Positions 30,548-39,279 of a DNA stretch of 64,000 nucleotides are shown one piece after another. The translations under genes and the position numbers were made by a program. The stretch comes from Pirellulales bacterium (GTDB lineage Bacteria; Planctomycetota; Planctomycetia; Pirellulales; S012-138). The stretch spans positions 6,748 through 70,747 of the forward strand of contig JALCBR010000007.1 of NCBI GenBank assembly GCA_028066245.1, read 5' to 3'. Positions within the stretch are counted from its first letter, which is position 1. Every line of letters begins with the position of its first letter. A model generated the notes under the pieces. It saw only the letters and a list, made by a program, of their open reading frames with translations, did no database searches and was not told the origin of the DNA.

Positions 30548-30956
30548 GACCAACCGCGGTGACATTCAGCTACAACTCTTTGATGACAAAACGCCCAACA
30601 CGTGCGCAAACTTCACCAAGCTTGCCAAGGACGGTTTTTATGATGGACTGAAGTTCCATCGGGTTATCAGCAACTTCATGATCCAGACCGGCTGCCCTCA
30701 CGGCACCGGGACCGGAGATGCCGGCTACAAGTTCGATGATGAATTTCATCCCGAGCTCCGGCATGACGGCGCTGGCATTCTCTCCATGGCGAACGCCGGG
30801 CCCAACACCAATGGGTCGCAGTTCTTTATCACGCACGGACCGCAGCCCCATTTGGACAACAAGCATTCCGTTTTCGGAAAGGTCATCAGCGGTCAAGACA
30901 TCGTTGACTCCATTCAGCAAGGCGACGTGATGGAAAAAGTCACGGTCGAGGAGTAG
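30528..30956 (+). CDS. ppiB: peptidyl-prolyl cis-trans isomerase, cyclophilin type
   Basis: Cyclophilin motifs are present: [60 protein letters not shown] lies 6 nt upstream of the ATG at 30528. Confidence 0.9.
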   Translation: MTTATIKTNRGDIQLQLFDDKTPNTCANFTKLAKDGFYDGLKFHRVISNFMIQTGCPHGTGTGDAGYKFDDEFHPELRHDGAGILSMANAGPNTNGSQFFITHGPQPHLDNKHSVFGKVISGQDIVDSIQQGDVMEKVTVEE

Positions 30957-31042
30957 AAGTCGATTCAGTACTGCGGGGAGCCTAAACATCATTTAACCCG
31001 GCCTCTGCGGTCGCCTTCGTTGGTAGTTCCCATCGCTTCGCG

Positions 31043-31312
31043 GAATCGCCGCGGCGTTCCCTCGCGCGGCCTGCTCTCACGCGTACGGGCGAAATTGTCA
31101 TTGGTCAAATTTTTTCCGCCTCCAGGGGGTGGCGCAAACGCTTCATGCCCAGCAATTAACCAGCAACGGGACCGCAAACATCACCGCCAATCCCGACGTT
31201 ACGTTCAGCAGCATGTTAACCATCAACCCTCTATGGCGCTCGGCAGCCCGCATGTCGGCCCGAAACTTCGCCGCATTTGACCAATGTCAATTTCGCCCGT
31301 ACGCCTGAGAGC
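31043..31312 (+). repeat. interspersed ~270-bp repeat with ~40-bp imperfect terminal inverted repeats, copy 1
   Basis: It aligns in the same orientation with 54127-54396 at about 85% identity by eye. The internal inverted repeat 31082-31110 (CGTACGGGCGAAATTGTCATTGGTCAAAT) pairs with 31275-31303 (ATTTGACCAATGTCAATTTCGCCCGTACG) with one mismatch, and pairing extends out to 31073/31312. Indels between copies break all reading frames. Confidence 0.85.
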
Positions 31313-31594
31313 CTGGTGTCTGGGCTCCTTCGTGGGATGACGTACAGCGTCCGTTGGGCTGCTCTCATTCGGCGCGAACCTGATATGTTAATATTGCGTC
31401 GTCCTGGAGAGCGGCTGTTCGCGCCACTCGCTGGGGCACTCTGATTTGTCCCCAGCCGAAAACAGATGGTCTGCCTGGCTACGCAATGCCGGAGCGCCAG
31501 CTTCTTCTTTTCACTCGCGAACAAGCGATGCCGCTCTGGCGAAACTCGCCTCTCCGGGCCCAGCGCCTCACTCCAAACTCTTTATCAATCTCCT

Positions 31595-33955
31595 ATGCAG
31601 TTGGAACATCCAGAGTCGTTTGAACAATTAGCGATCGAGATCCTTCGACACGTCAACAGCAAGAACTATCAACCGAAGAAACCGCGCGGCATCGCCAAAG
31701 CTCTCGGCTTGAACAAAGAAGATGTTGTGCATGTACGGCGGACGATCAAGAAGCTCGTCCGCGAAGGCAAGCTCACCTTTGGGGCCAGTCACAAAGTCCG
31801 GGTCGCGGACGCTACCGCGGATGATCGCATCGCAGGCATCTTCCGTCGCACTCAGGACGGCAATGGTTACGTGCGTCCGGTTTCCGCAACGCCGGAAGCT
31901 GGTCGAGACTTGGATATCTTTATTCATCAGAGCAAAGCCGGTGACGCAGCGACCGGCGACTTGGTCTATGTCCGGATTAAGCGGGAATACATGCGCCGCG
32001 GGAAGCCGGAAGGGCTGATCCTTGAGATCATCGAACGCGACACCAATCGGTTTGTTGGCGTGTATTCTGAATCCGCCGGACAGGGCTATGTTGACGTTGA
32101 CGGCGGCGTCTTCGCGCATTCGATTGCCGTGGGCGACCCAGGCGCAAAGAACGCCCAGCCCAAGGATAAGGTCGTCTTCGAGATGATGCGGTTCCCGTCG
32201 CCCGTTCATCCGGGTGAAGGTGTGATCATTGAGGTCCTTGGCCCTCGCGGCGCGCCCGGCGTGGACACGCTCTCAATCATTCATGAATTCCACCTGCCAG
32301 GCGAGTTTGATGAAGCCGTGTTGGAGGAAGCGCGCCAGCAGGCGGAAGACTTCGATGAGGAAGAGCTGCCCTCCAACCGGCGCGACCTGACGGCGGAAAC
32401 CATCGTCACGATTGATCCGATTGACGCCAGAGACTTTGACGACGCGATTTCGCTGGCACGACTGGACAACGGCCATTGGCTACTCGGCGTACACATTGCG
32501 GACGTCTCGCACTTTCTGCCGCCGGACTCGGCCATGGATATCGCGGCCCGAGACCGAGCGACGAGTGTTTATTTGCCGGACCGTGTGATTCCGATGCTGC
32601 CGGAGATTCTCTCCAATGGCCTGGCGAGCCTTCAGCCGGACCGGGTTCGTTTTGCCAAAACGGCCTTTATCGAGTTCACGGCGGACGGCGCTCGCGTAGC
32701 GGTTGAATTTGCTGCCACGGCCATTCGCAGCAAGCGGCGGTTCACCTACGAAGAAGTCGATGAGTACCTTGAAGACCCCAACGCCTGGCGGGAGAAGCTG
32801 ACGCCAGAGGTCCATGCGTTGCTTGCTCGCATGCATGAACTGGCGATGATGCTACGCAAACGGCGGCATCAACGAGGTTCTCTGGAACTCTCACTTCCGG
32901 ACGTCAGGATCGATCTCGACGCAAATGGCCGTGTCTCCGGGGCACACGTTGAAGTCCAAACGGAAAGTCACCAAATCATTGAAGAGTTCATGCTCGCGGC
33001 CAATGAAGCGGTTGCCGAGCGCTTGAGCGACTTAGAAATTCCGTTTCTCCGTCGAACGCACTCGTCCCCATCACCCCGGAAACTCAAAGCGTTGACCGAG
33101 TTTGTCAAGGAGTTGGGCCTTGCCGCCGATGATTTGCAAGATCGTTTTGAGATGCAAAAGCTGGTGGATGAGGTGCGCGGTCAAGCAGAAGAATATGCCG
33201 TGCACTACGCGGTACTGCGTAGCCTCCCCCAAGCGGTTTACAGCCCAGCAGACGAGGGACATTTCGCCCTGGCGGCGAAAGACTATTGTCACTTCACGTC
33301 ACCAATTCGCCGCTATCCAGATCTGACCGTTCATCGATTGATCTCCCAGTTGATCGAAGGGAAGCAACCTAAGCCACAGCAAGATAACCTGGAGATCCTC
33401 GCGCAGCATTGCTCGGAACTTGAGCGCAGAGCCGAAGCCGCCGAACGCGAACTCACCAAAGCGAAGCTGTTGTCGTACTTCATGGACCGGATCGGCAGCG
33501 AGCTGGATGCGGTGATCACGGGCGTGGAATCGTACGGTTTCTATGCACGCGGCACGGAGATTCCCGCGGAAGGCTTGATCCACGTCAGCTCCCTTGAAGA
33601 CGATTACTACCAATACGATCGTTCAGCGCATGCCCTGTGCGGTCGCCGCCGCAGGAATCAGTTTCGGTTGGGAGATGCCATTCGAGTCCGTGTTGTCCGT
33701 GTCGACCTGGAACAGCGCAAGCTTGATTTCCGACTTGTCCGCAAGATCAAAGGCCGACCCGCTCAACCGGCCAAGCGAAGGGCACGAGGCGGACAAGACC
33801 TAGCGACGAAGAAGAAAACTCGCGGCAAGAAGACTCAGCCCAACAAAGGCAAAACAACTGCGAAGAAGCGTAAGCCGAAAACTACCAAGAAGAAGATTCG
33901 CAAGAAGACGAGTGCTTCCCAGCCGAAAGCTCGCAAGCGTGCGAAGAAGCGTTAG
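31595..33955 (+). CDS. rnr: ribonuclease R
   Basis: It has an RNB catalytic domain (TIDPIDARDFDDAISL, YLPDRVIPMLP, HFALA...YCHFTSPIRRYPDL), a C-terminal S1 domain, and a Lys-rich tail. The ATG at 31595 gives 786 aa. Confidence 0.9.
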   Translation: MQLEHPESFEQLAIEILRHVNSKNYQPKKPRGIAKALGLNKEDVVHVRRTIKKLVREGKLTFGASHKVRVADATADDRIAGIFRRTQDGNGYVRPVSATPEAGRDLDIFIHQSKAGDAATGDLVYVRIKREYMRRGKPEGLILEIIERDTNRFVGVYSESAGQGYVDVDGGVFAHSIAVGDPGAKNAQPKDKVVFEMMRFPSPVHPGEGVIIEVLGPRGAPGVDTLSIIHEFHLPGEFDEAVLEEARQQAEDFDEEELPSNRRDLTAETIVTIDPIDARDFDDAISLARLDNGHWLLGVHIADVSHFLPPDSAMDIAARDRATSVYLPDRVIPMLPEILSNGLASLQPDRVRFAKTAFIEFTADGARVAVEFAATAIRSKRRFTYEEVDEYLEDPNAWREKLTPEVHALLARMHELAMMLRKRRHQRGSLELSLPDVRIDLDANGRVSGAHVEVQTESHQIIEEFMLAANEAVAERLSDLEIPFLRRTHSSPSPRKLKALTEFVKELGLAADDLQDRFEMQKLVDEVRGQAEEYAVHYAVLRSLPQAVYSPADEGHFALAAKDYCHFTSPIRRYPDLTVHRLISQLIEGKQPKPQQDNLEILAQHCSELERRAEAAERELTKAKLLSYFMDRIGSELDAVITGVESYGFYARGTEIPAEGLIHVSSLEDDYYQYDRSAHALCGRRRRNQFRLGDAIRVRVVRVDLEQRKLDFRLVRKIKGRPAQPAKRRARGGQDLATKKKTRGKKTQPNKGKTTAKKRKPKTTKKKIRKKTSASQPKARKRAKKR

Positions 33956-33971
33956 CGTTTGGTCACACCTG

Positions 33972-34856
33972 CTAGGAATGTTTGGCTTGCTTGACGGTGA
34001 CAAACTTCTCCTGCGGCAACACCAACGATGTAATGCGGATGCCGAATTTGTCACCAACTTTTACGGCCTCGCCTAGGGCGATCTTTCGCTCGGCCGCTTC
34101 AACATCGAGCAAGTCTTCACAGAACTTGTCGAATTGAATCAAACTGCCCGGCGAAATATCCAAGATCCGCTTGACTTCCAGTTTCTTGCGGGCAAGCGAC
34201 ACCATGACCGGCAGCTTAATTTGCATCAAGCTGTGCGAAAATTCCGGGGCGCTCTGCCCAAACGTGCCACCAGCGGTTTCCGCTTGTGCTTGCGGCGGCG
34301 TTGGTGCCGGCGACTCCTCTTCGACAACTGCCTCTTCTCCCGCGAAGTCCGCGGCAGTTGGTACTTCTTCAGGCGGAGGTTCCGTGAACAGGAGGATCAA
34401 ATGCGCCAGTGGGAAGACCAGATAGGCCTTATGATCGGCATCGCCAAACTGAATAGAAATCTCAAGGCAGGCTGCATCCGGAGTCAAAGATGAACTGATG
34501 TACTCCGTATCTTCAGGAACTGTGACTTGAAATGAGCTGGGAGTGAAATGGTCTGCAAGAAAGTCCTTATGCAGGTCCTCACTGAGCGTGCGCCATTTCT
34601 TGTCGGAAGCTGTGCCGTCTCCTGCGATTGATTTCGGAATGGTCAACACGATCCCGGTGGCGGAGGTCAACAGTCCGACCACTAGCTGTGTCTCTTTGAG
34701 TGCCTCGCGCCACCCGTCGTCCTCAGTGATGACTTTGATCTCTTCGACACTGCACCGTCCACCAAAGGCTGTCCCCAGCAGTTGGCTGAACTCGCTTTGC
34801 TTTCCGCTTAGCGATTCGCAAATTGCTACCGAACTTTGAGGTCCAAGATCGCTCAT
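33972..34856 (-). CDS. fliN: FliN/FliY-family flagellar motor switch protein (SpoA C-terminal domain)
   Basis: 294-aa ORF. The C-terminal ~80 aa match the FliN/SpoA pattern (IKLPVMVSLARKKLEVKRILDISPGSLIQFDK..LDVEAAERKIALGEAVKVGDKFGIRITSLV). The ~200-aa N-terminal extension and acidic linker are of unclear family. Confidence 0.7.
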   Translation of the reverse strand: MSDLGPQSSVAICESLSGKQSEFSQLLGTAFGGRCSVEEIKVITEDDGWREALKETQLVVGLLTSATGIVLTIPKSIAGDGTASDKKWRTLSEDLHKDFLADHFTPSSFQVTVPEDTEYISSSLTPDAACLEISIQFGDADHKAYLVFPLAHLILLFTEPPPEEVPTAADFAGEEAVVEEESPAPTPPQAQAETAGGTFGQSAPEFSHSLMQIKLPVMVSLARKKLEVKRILDISPGSLIQFDKFCEDLLDVEAAERKIALGEAVKVGDKFGIRITSLVLPQEKFVTVKQAKHS

Positions 34857-35085
34857 CTTCGCTCAGAATCAGAAACCGTCGCGGGAGTTGCTCGTCGGCC
34901 ATTCGCCCGTATTCAACTGCCGTGAAGTATCGGCATTTGTCGCCGGATTCTTTGCGGAGCTCTTCCTGCGGCAATGTAGTGCTAGCAGCCTGTCAAATTC
35001 CATGGCTGTGAAATGCCCAGGAGTGAGTCCAAATCGCCGCACGAAATGTCACGATCTGAGGGTCGGGTTGGATTCACTCTCCCAC

Positions 35086-35571
35086 TTAGCTCGATTGAGA
35101 GGCGCCCTGACGGCGTTTTTTGAACAATTTGCTAGCGGGAACCCGATGCTTGTCAGCATGACAGTCATCGGGTCCGGATTCGTTCTCCATGGCAGCTGCA
35201 AGCGGGAGGCACAATCTCCGGACAGCCGCATGGATGCGAGCCTCATCACCAGAGCGTTCAATGCTGTAACAGACAGCAGCCGCCGCGGATTGAGTTTCCC
35301 CGTCTCCTGCGGCGCGGCTGAGCCGCGCCAACGCAGAAGCCACGCGATGTGCGTAAACCCAATCTTGCTTGGCAACCGCCCGCGTCAACTCGTCCAGGTG
35401 GGAGTGGAGTTGAGATGAGACTCGTGTCATCGTGCCAGCGTTAAGGCTCAACCGCCTCCCCATTCGCCGCAGGTCAGGTAATGTTCGACGAGTTGCAGAA
35501 GTCACGTCAGACCCCCAAACCACGGCTTGTGAAGTTCCGCCCGGCGCGATGTTCTGAGCGCCGGTCGCCAC
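35086..35571 (-). CDS. hypothetical protein (weak Hpt-like helical pattern)
   Basis: 161-aa ORF with a GTG start. That start overlaps the stop of the upstream minus-strand ORF by 1 nt (TAGTG). An alternative plus-strand ORF at 34888-35418 competes with it, so the choice of strand is an inference. Confidence 0.4.
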   Translation of the reverse strand: MATGAQNIAPGGTSQAVVWGSDVTSATRRTLPDLRRMGRRLSLNAGTMTRVSSQLHSHLDELTRAVAKQDWVYAHRVASALARLSRAAGDGETQSAAAAVCYSIERSGDEARIHAAVRRLCLPLAAAMENESGPDDCHADKHRVPASKLFKKRRQGASQSS

Positions 35572-35960
35572 TACGCAGCTTTGCGTCGTTGCGGTTGGTT
35601 ATGCTGATTTCGATACCGCATCAATTGTTGAAGGACTCGAATGACGACTGTCTCGGCTGCGAGTTTTTCAACAGCTTGCAATTGCCAGGGACCGAGCCTG
35701 TTTTGCTTCACCGATTTTGGCCGCCGTAACTCGGCACGGACAATCCGGTTGCTGTGTGCCCGGAAGTAACCGCGTGCTTCGGCCAGAGAGAGATGGCGTG
35801 CCTTGACGCCAGCATCCTCCCACACGCGAGGTGTGAGCTGATCGGCAAGGTCATCAGCCAGGGAACGAACCTTCCTGCCATCACGAAACGATACCAGCGA
35901 TTCGAACAAGCTCATGGAAATCCTTTCCTCACATACGGCCGCCGCCGACTGAATCGTCAT
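35571..35960 (-). CDS. hypothetical protein
   Basis: 129-aa ORF, or 114 aa from the ATG at 35915. It abuts the next minus-strand ORF. No recognisable motif was found. Confidence 0.4.
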   Translation of the reverse strand: MTIQSAAAVCEERISMSLFESLVSFRDGRKVRSLADDLADQLTPRVWEDAGVKARHLSLAEARGYFRAHSNRIVRAELRRPKSVKQNRLGPWQLQAVEKLAAETVVIRVLQQLMRYRNQHNQPQRRKAA

Positions 35961-36466
35961 TCGGCGGCACCTTTTGATTCACTGCGGCCACCGCGCAGGG
36001 CCGCAATCTCCGCAATATGCATCGAGTGCGGGGACCGCGCAACCTTAGTCAAGTTTTCCAATCCGGAAGCCGGCGATGCCCGTTCGACCGCTAGAAACAC
36101 ACTCGCATCCCCGTTAAGTCAACGCTGCATGGGAAGATGCGAATTTGCGTTCGAGCTTGCGACGGAAATCTCCGATTGTAGGACAGGTGAGGGTGAGGAA
36201 GACTCAATCGACCGACCGAAAAAACCAACAGGCCTTGTTGCGGCCAACTGCAAGACACATCCCGTGATGCTAGGCAACGCCATCCAGCTGGCGAACCGAC
36301 CAGAGCACTACTATGTCCTTGTGGATGGACCTAGATACGTATCATCGTCTGCGTTTTTTGGCTCTTCGCTGCGGCGAGCTCCGCTTGCCATGGAATGCAA
36401 AGTGTTACCAGGCTCGGTAGATGTCCTTGGATGGCCTGGCCGTTAATGTCACCCCAACCCGCAGTC

Positions 36467-36495
36467 TTGACCACTGGCAGGGGTTTTCTTAGGTT
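36467..36495 (+). promoter_or_regulatory. candidate sigma70-type promoter for tRNA-Cys
   Basis: TTGACC (36467-36472), a 17-nt spacer, then TAGGTT (36490-36495). It lies about 35 nt upstream of the tRNA 5' end. Confidence 0.35.
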
Positions 36496-36530
36496 TCTAA
36501 CTTCGACAGCAAATTTGAAGCATCGTGATT

Positions 36531-36602
36531 GGCGCCGTAGCCAAGTGGTAAGGCGGCGGATTGCAAATCCGCTATTCCCCGGTTCGAATCCGGGCGGCGC
36601 CT
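36531..36602 (+). tRNA. tRNA-Cys (GCA)
   Basis: 72-nt cloverleaf with acceptor GGCGCCG/CGGCGCC, anticodon stem GCGGA/TCCGC, loop TTGCAAA (GCA at 36563-36565), T-arm CCCGG-TTCGAAT-CCGGG, and discriminator U73 as expected for tRNA-Cys. The CCA end is not encoded. Confidence 0.92.
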
Positions 36603-36726
36603 CTGAATAGTGTACAGAAGATGGCGGATTACCTGTCCGCTATCCATCTTTGGGCGGTGCGAAAGGCCCCGCGCGAAGCGTTGGCGCTGAGCCGGAGAGA
36701 GACCGGCACTCTTCGAATGGAAACGT

Positions 36727-37767
36727 TCAGAGGACAAATCCCAGCCGAAACATGGCTGTGCTGTCTGGCGAGAAATCTGGCGTTGAGCTGCGGTATTCCA
36801 GATTGCGATTGAAGACAAAGCCGGTTTCCACGTACCAGGACGTGCCGGTGGGGAGCTTGCCTTCAAAACCGGTGTACAGCCGCAGGTCATAATAGCTGGC
36901 AATATCTTGCCGCCCGCTGGCACGCTGGATTGACCAGCTTCCGCCACCGAACTCTCCACCTAAGTACACCCATTGCTCGCAACCATTGGCTGTGTAGATT
37001 CGCCTGGCGATCTTAGCCTTAGGTGACATCAGCTCAACCAACACATCGGGGTTGGGCGTGTAGATGATTCCACCAATCGGCAACCAGTCGACATCGACGC
37101 GATCCAAGTAAGCGATGCCGGCCACGATCTGCAATGTGGGAGAATACTGCCAGACTCCGGCAACGCGAGCCCCCAAACGAAAGGCATCGTCGTCAGAGTT
37201 TTCAAAGTCTGAGTACAGTCCCGGTGTGATTCCGGTATCCAGCGTAAATCCGGGAGAGAAAACGATCGGCCAGCGCCAATCAAGATAGAGATCGAACAAC
37301 TTCGCCGGCATGTCCGGAACGGCCGGACCGTTGACAAAATGCCAACCAAAACCTGGCGTGATCACAAAGTAAGAACCGGGCATCGGACTGGGGAACGCGA
37401 ATATCGGCTCAAACTCAAGATCGAAAAACCCCAAGTCATCCGTTGGCAACCAGGTCGTTTTTTGTTTGAACGCCTGGAATACGCCTTGTCGCTGTGCCTG
37501 ACCGGCGGGATTTGTGATCAATGAGTTTTCGGCCAAGGAGGGAGCCGTCGCGTTGGGATCGAATGTCTCGATATTGAAGTTTGAAAAATCGATCCCCTGA
37601 GCTGCGGGAGCGCTCAAGGCGTCCATGAAGCCGCTGGTTGTGCCACTATCAAATGTCGGCGGAGCGCCCATTGCCTGGGCGAAGATCGGTTGACTAAAGT
37701 TTAGCGCGATCGCGCCGGCTATGAGGAACGCCAACCATGCGCATGCTCTCCCTGCAGGTTGACGCAT
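36727..37767 (-). CDS. putative outer-membrane beta-barrel protein, tandem paralog 1 (BBP7/DUF1551-like, from memory)
   Basis: 346-aa ORF with a signal peptide (AWLAFLIAGAIALNFSQPIFAQA) and an alternating amphipathic pattern. It is homologous to the adjacent gene, sharing IVAGIAYLDR.D...LP.GG.I.TPNPD. Confidence 0.7.
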   Translation of the reverse strand: MRQPAGRACAWLAFLIAGAIALNFSQPIFAQAMGAPPTFDSGTTSGFMDALSAPAAQGIDFSNFNIETFDPNATAPSLAENSLITNPAGQAQRQGVFQAFKQKTTWLPTDDLGFFDLEFEPIFAFPSPMPGSYFVITPGFGWHFVNGPAVPDMPAKLFDLYLDWRWPIVFSPGFTLDTGITPGLYSDFENSDDDAFRLGARVAGVWQYSPTLQIVAGIAYLDRVDVDWLPIGGIIYTPNPDVLVELMSPKAKIARRIYTANGCEQWVYLGGEFGGGSWSIQRASGRQDIASYYDLRLYTGFEGKLPTGTSWYVETGFVFNRNLEYRSSTPDFSPDSTAMFRLGFVL

Positions 37768-37798
37768 CCTTCAATCTCCCTGTGGCGTAGCACGCTAA

Positions 37799-38881
37799 TC
37801 AGTAGCTTAGTCCGCCACGAAGCATGATCGTATCGTCCGGCTTGAATACAGGTCCGCTGACAAATTCCAGCTCTCGGTCCCAAACATAGCCAATTTCAAT
37901 TCGGCCGCTTACACCACCAATCTCTGGAGCCGGCTGGAACTCTAAGCCACCAATCACACGAATGTCGTTGTAGTCAACAGCGTCACGAAGTCCGCTGGTC
38001 CGCTCGATGGTCCAGGCGTCACCGCCGTACTCACCTGCGACGTACCACCACCATTCGATATTGCCAATGGTCGTGAATCTTTGCGCGAGCTTTGGCTGAG
38101 GAAACAGAATCTCCCAGCGTGTATCCGGGTTGGGCGTCCAAATCCAACCACCGGCCGGCAACAGCTTAATATCAAAACGGTCTAGGTACACAACGCCGGC
38201 AACAATTTGCACTGCGGGTCGCCATTGGTAGAGTCCCAAGCCACGGCCTTTGACGCGGAAGCTATCGCTGTTTGTTTCTTCAAAATCTGTGTATACGCCC
38301 GGTCGAACGCCAAGTTCTGCTGACAGGTTTTCCGTAATTTGCGGTTGCCACCCGACATCCAGAAACGCCGAGTACGTTCTCGAAGGCAGATCAACCATCA
38401 TGCCTTCTGGACCTTGCCAATATTGCACGGCAAAGCCCGGCGTGAATTCAAGCGGCGCGTACTCAAACACAACCGGCTTGGAAACGCGGGCACTGAGCAT
38501 GACCTCATCAAGCCCAAGATGATCGCCGCCAAGATCAAACAGTTTGGTGTACTCAAAGTCAATTGATTGGATGACTCGCAACGGTCCCAGACCATAGCCT
38601 GGCGCCGGCGGACCAACCTGACCTGGCGGAGTCAAACTCCCCGGCGGATAAGCCGGTGGAAGGTTGTTGGGCAGGGTTTGTGGATATGTTTGGGCATAGG
38701 GATCAAAGTTGCCGGGCGCGGGCTGAATCGTCCCCAAGGTTGCGCCGGGCTGCGTCGTCACAAACGGGGAATCAGCAGGAACGTTCCGAAACGTGCCCGG
38801 CTGAGCCACTGCGCTGGCAGGAAACGCCGCGAAGCACATCGCGAAGATCAGGCATCGAGAGGTGGGCGCTATCAGGCGCAT
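37799..38881 (-). CDS. putative outer-membrane beta-barrel protein, tandem paralog 2
   Basis: The ATG at 38881 starts a signal peptide (MRLIAPTSRCLIFAMCFAAFPASAVAQ). The protein ends in the aromatic terminus GGLSY. It is homologous to 36727-37767. The ORF is open to 38977. Confidence 0.7.
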   Translation of the reverse strand: MRLIAPTSRCLIFAMCFAAFPASAVAQPGTFRNVPADSPFVTTQPGATLGTIQPAPGNFDPYAQTYPQTLPNNLPPAYPPGSLTPPGQVGPPAPGYGLGPLRVIQSIDFEYTKLFDLGGDHLGLDEVMLSARVSKPVVFEYAPLEFTPGFAVQYWQGPEGMMVDLPSRTYSAFLDVGWQPQITENLSAELGVRPGVYTDFEETNSDSFRVKGRGLGLYQWRPAVQIVAGVVYLDRFDIKLLPAGGWIWTPNPDTRWEILFPQPKLAQRFTTIGNIEWWWYVAGEYGGDAWTIERTSGLRDAVDYNDIRVIGGLEFQPAPEIGGVSGRIEIGYVWDRELEFVSGPVFKPDDTIMLRGGLSY

Positions 38882-39279
38882 GACGTCACATCCGCACGGG
38901 CGGAATTTTGGGCCAGAGGAGAAAGGCTGCGAACCAATACCCGGGACCACGGAGCGCGTCAAGCTCAGCGCTTTCATTCAAAGGCGTGGGGTTCACTTAC
39001 GATTCCCGTTTAGCTGTGCCACTCTTGATGCTGGCAGAGAGGTTGCTGCATTTCCGCGTACGGAAAAGATGTTAGCGGCTCTGCCAGCAATGAGATCATT
39101 TGCGATAACGGATCTGGGTATCAAGCTCAGCGGATCTGGGCGCAACCGGGACTGAATATCGCAAGAACAAAGCCCGCACCGAGCGAAATACACCTTTCCA
39201 AGTCGCGTCAATTATCCGAGATTGCCCCAGCGGCTGGGGTAAGGCGTCACCAAAGTTCTTCCCGACTCTCTGCTAAGGC

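Noticed and set aside
31069-31316. Possible 4-bp target-site duplication (CCTG) flanking repeat copy 1.
   Set aside because: Copy 2 shows no matching duplication (flanks ATGAT and TACGA). Similarity between the copies also extends about 30 bp left of the inverted repeat, so the true ends are undefined. I do not claim a TSD.
30989-31524. ORFs crossing the repeat copies (30989-31177 minus, 31020-31280 plus, 31231-31524 minus; also 53868-54239 minus and 54317-54706 plus) that share peptide fragments such as NLTN.NFARTRE.
   Set aside because: The shared peptides are just translations of the inverted-repeat arms. Indels between the two copies put the homologous segments in different frames, so no protein is conserved.
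34888-36446. Plus-strand ORFs 34888-35418 (176 aa) and 35754-36446 (230 aa) competing with the minus-strand ORFs upstream of fliN.
   Set aside because: They have no motifs or RBS, and they are Arg/Ser/Cys-rich. The minus-strand ORFs abut each other with a coupled stop and start. The choice of strand remains an inference, and I gave those CDS only 0.4 confidence.
36395-36959. ORFs overlapping tRNA-Cys (36395-36610 plus, 36489-36959 minus, 36561-36812 plus).
   Set aside because: They run through a high-confidence tRNA gene or through the 3' end of the beta-barrel gene, and have no motifs.
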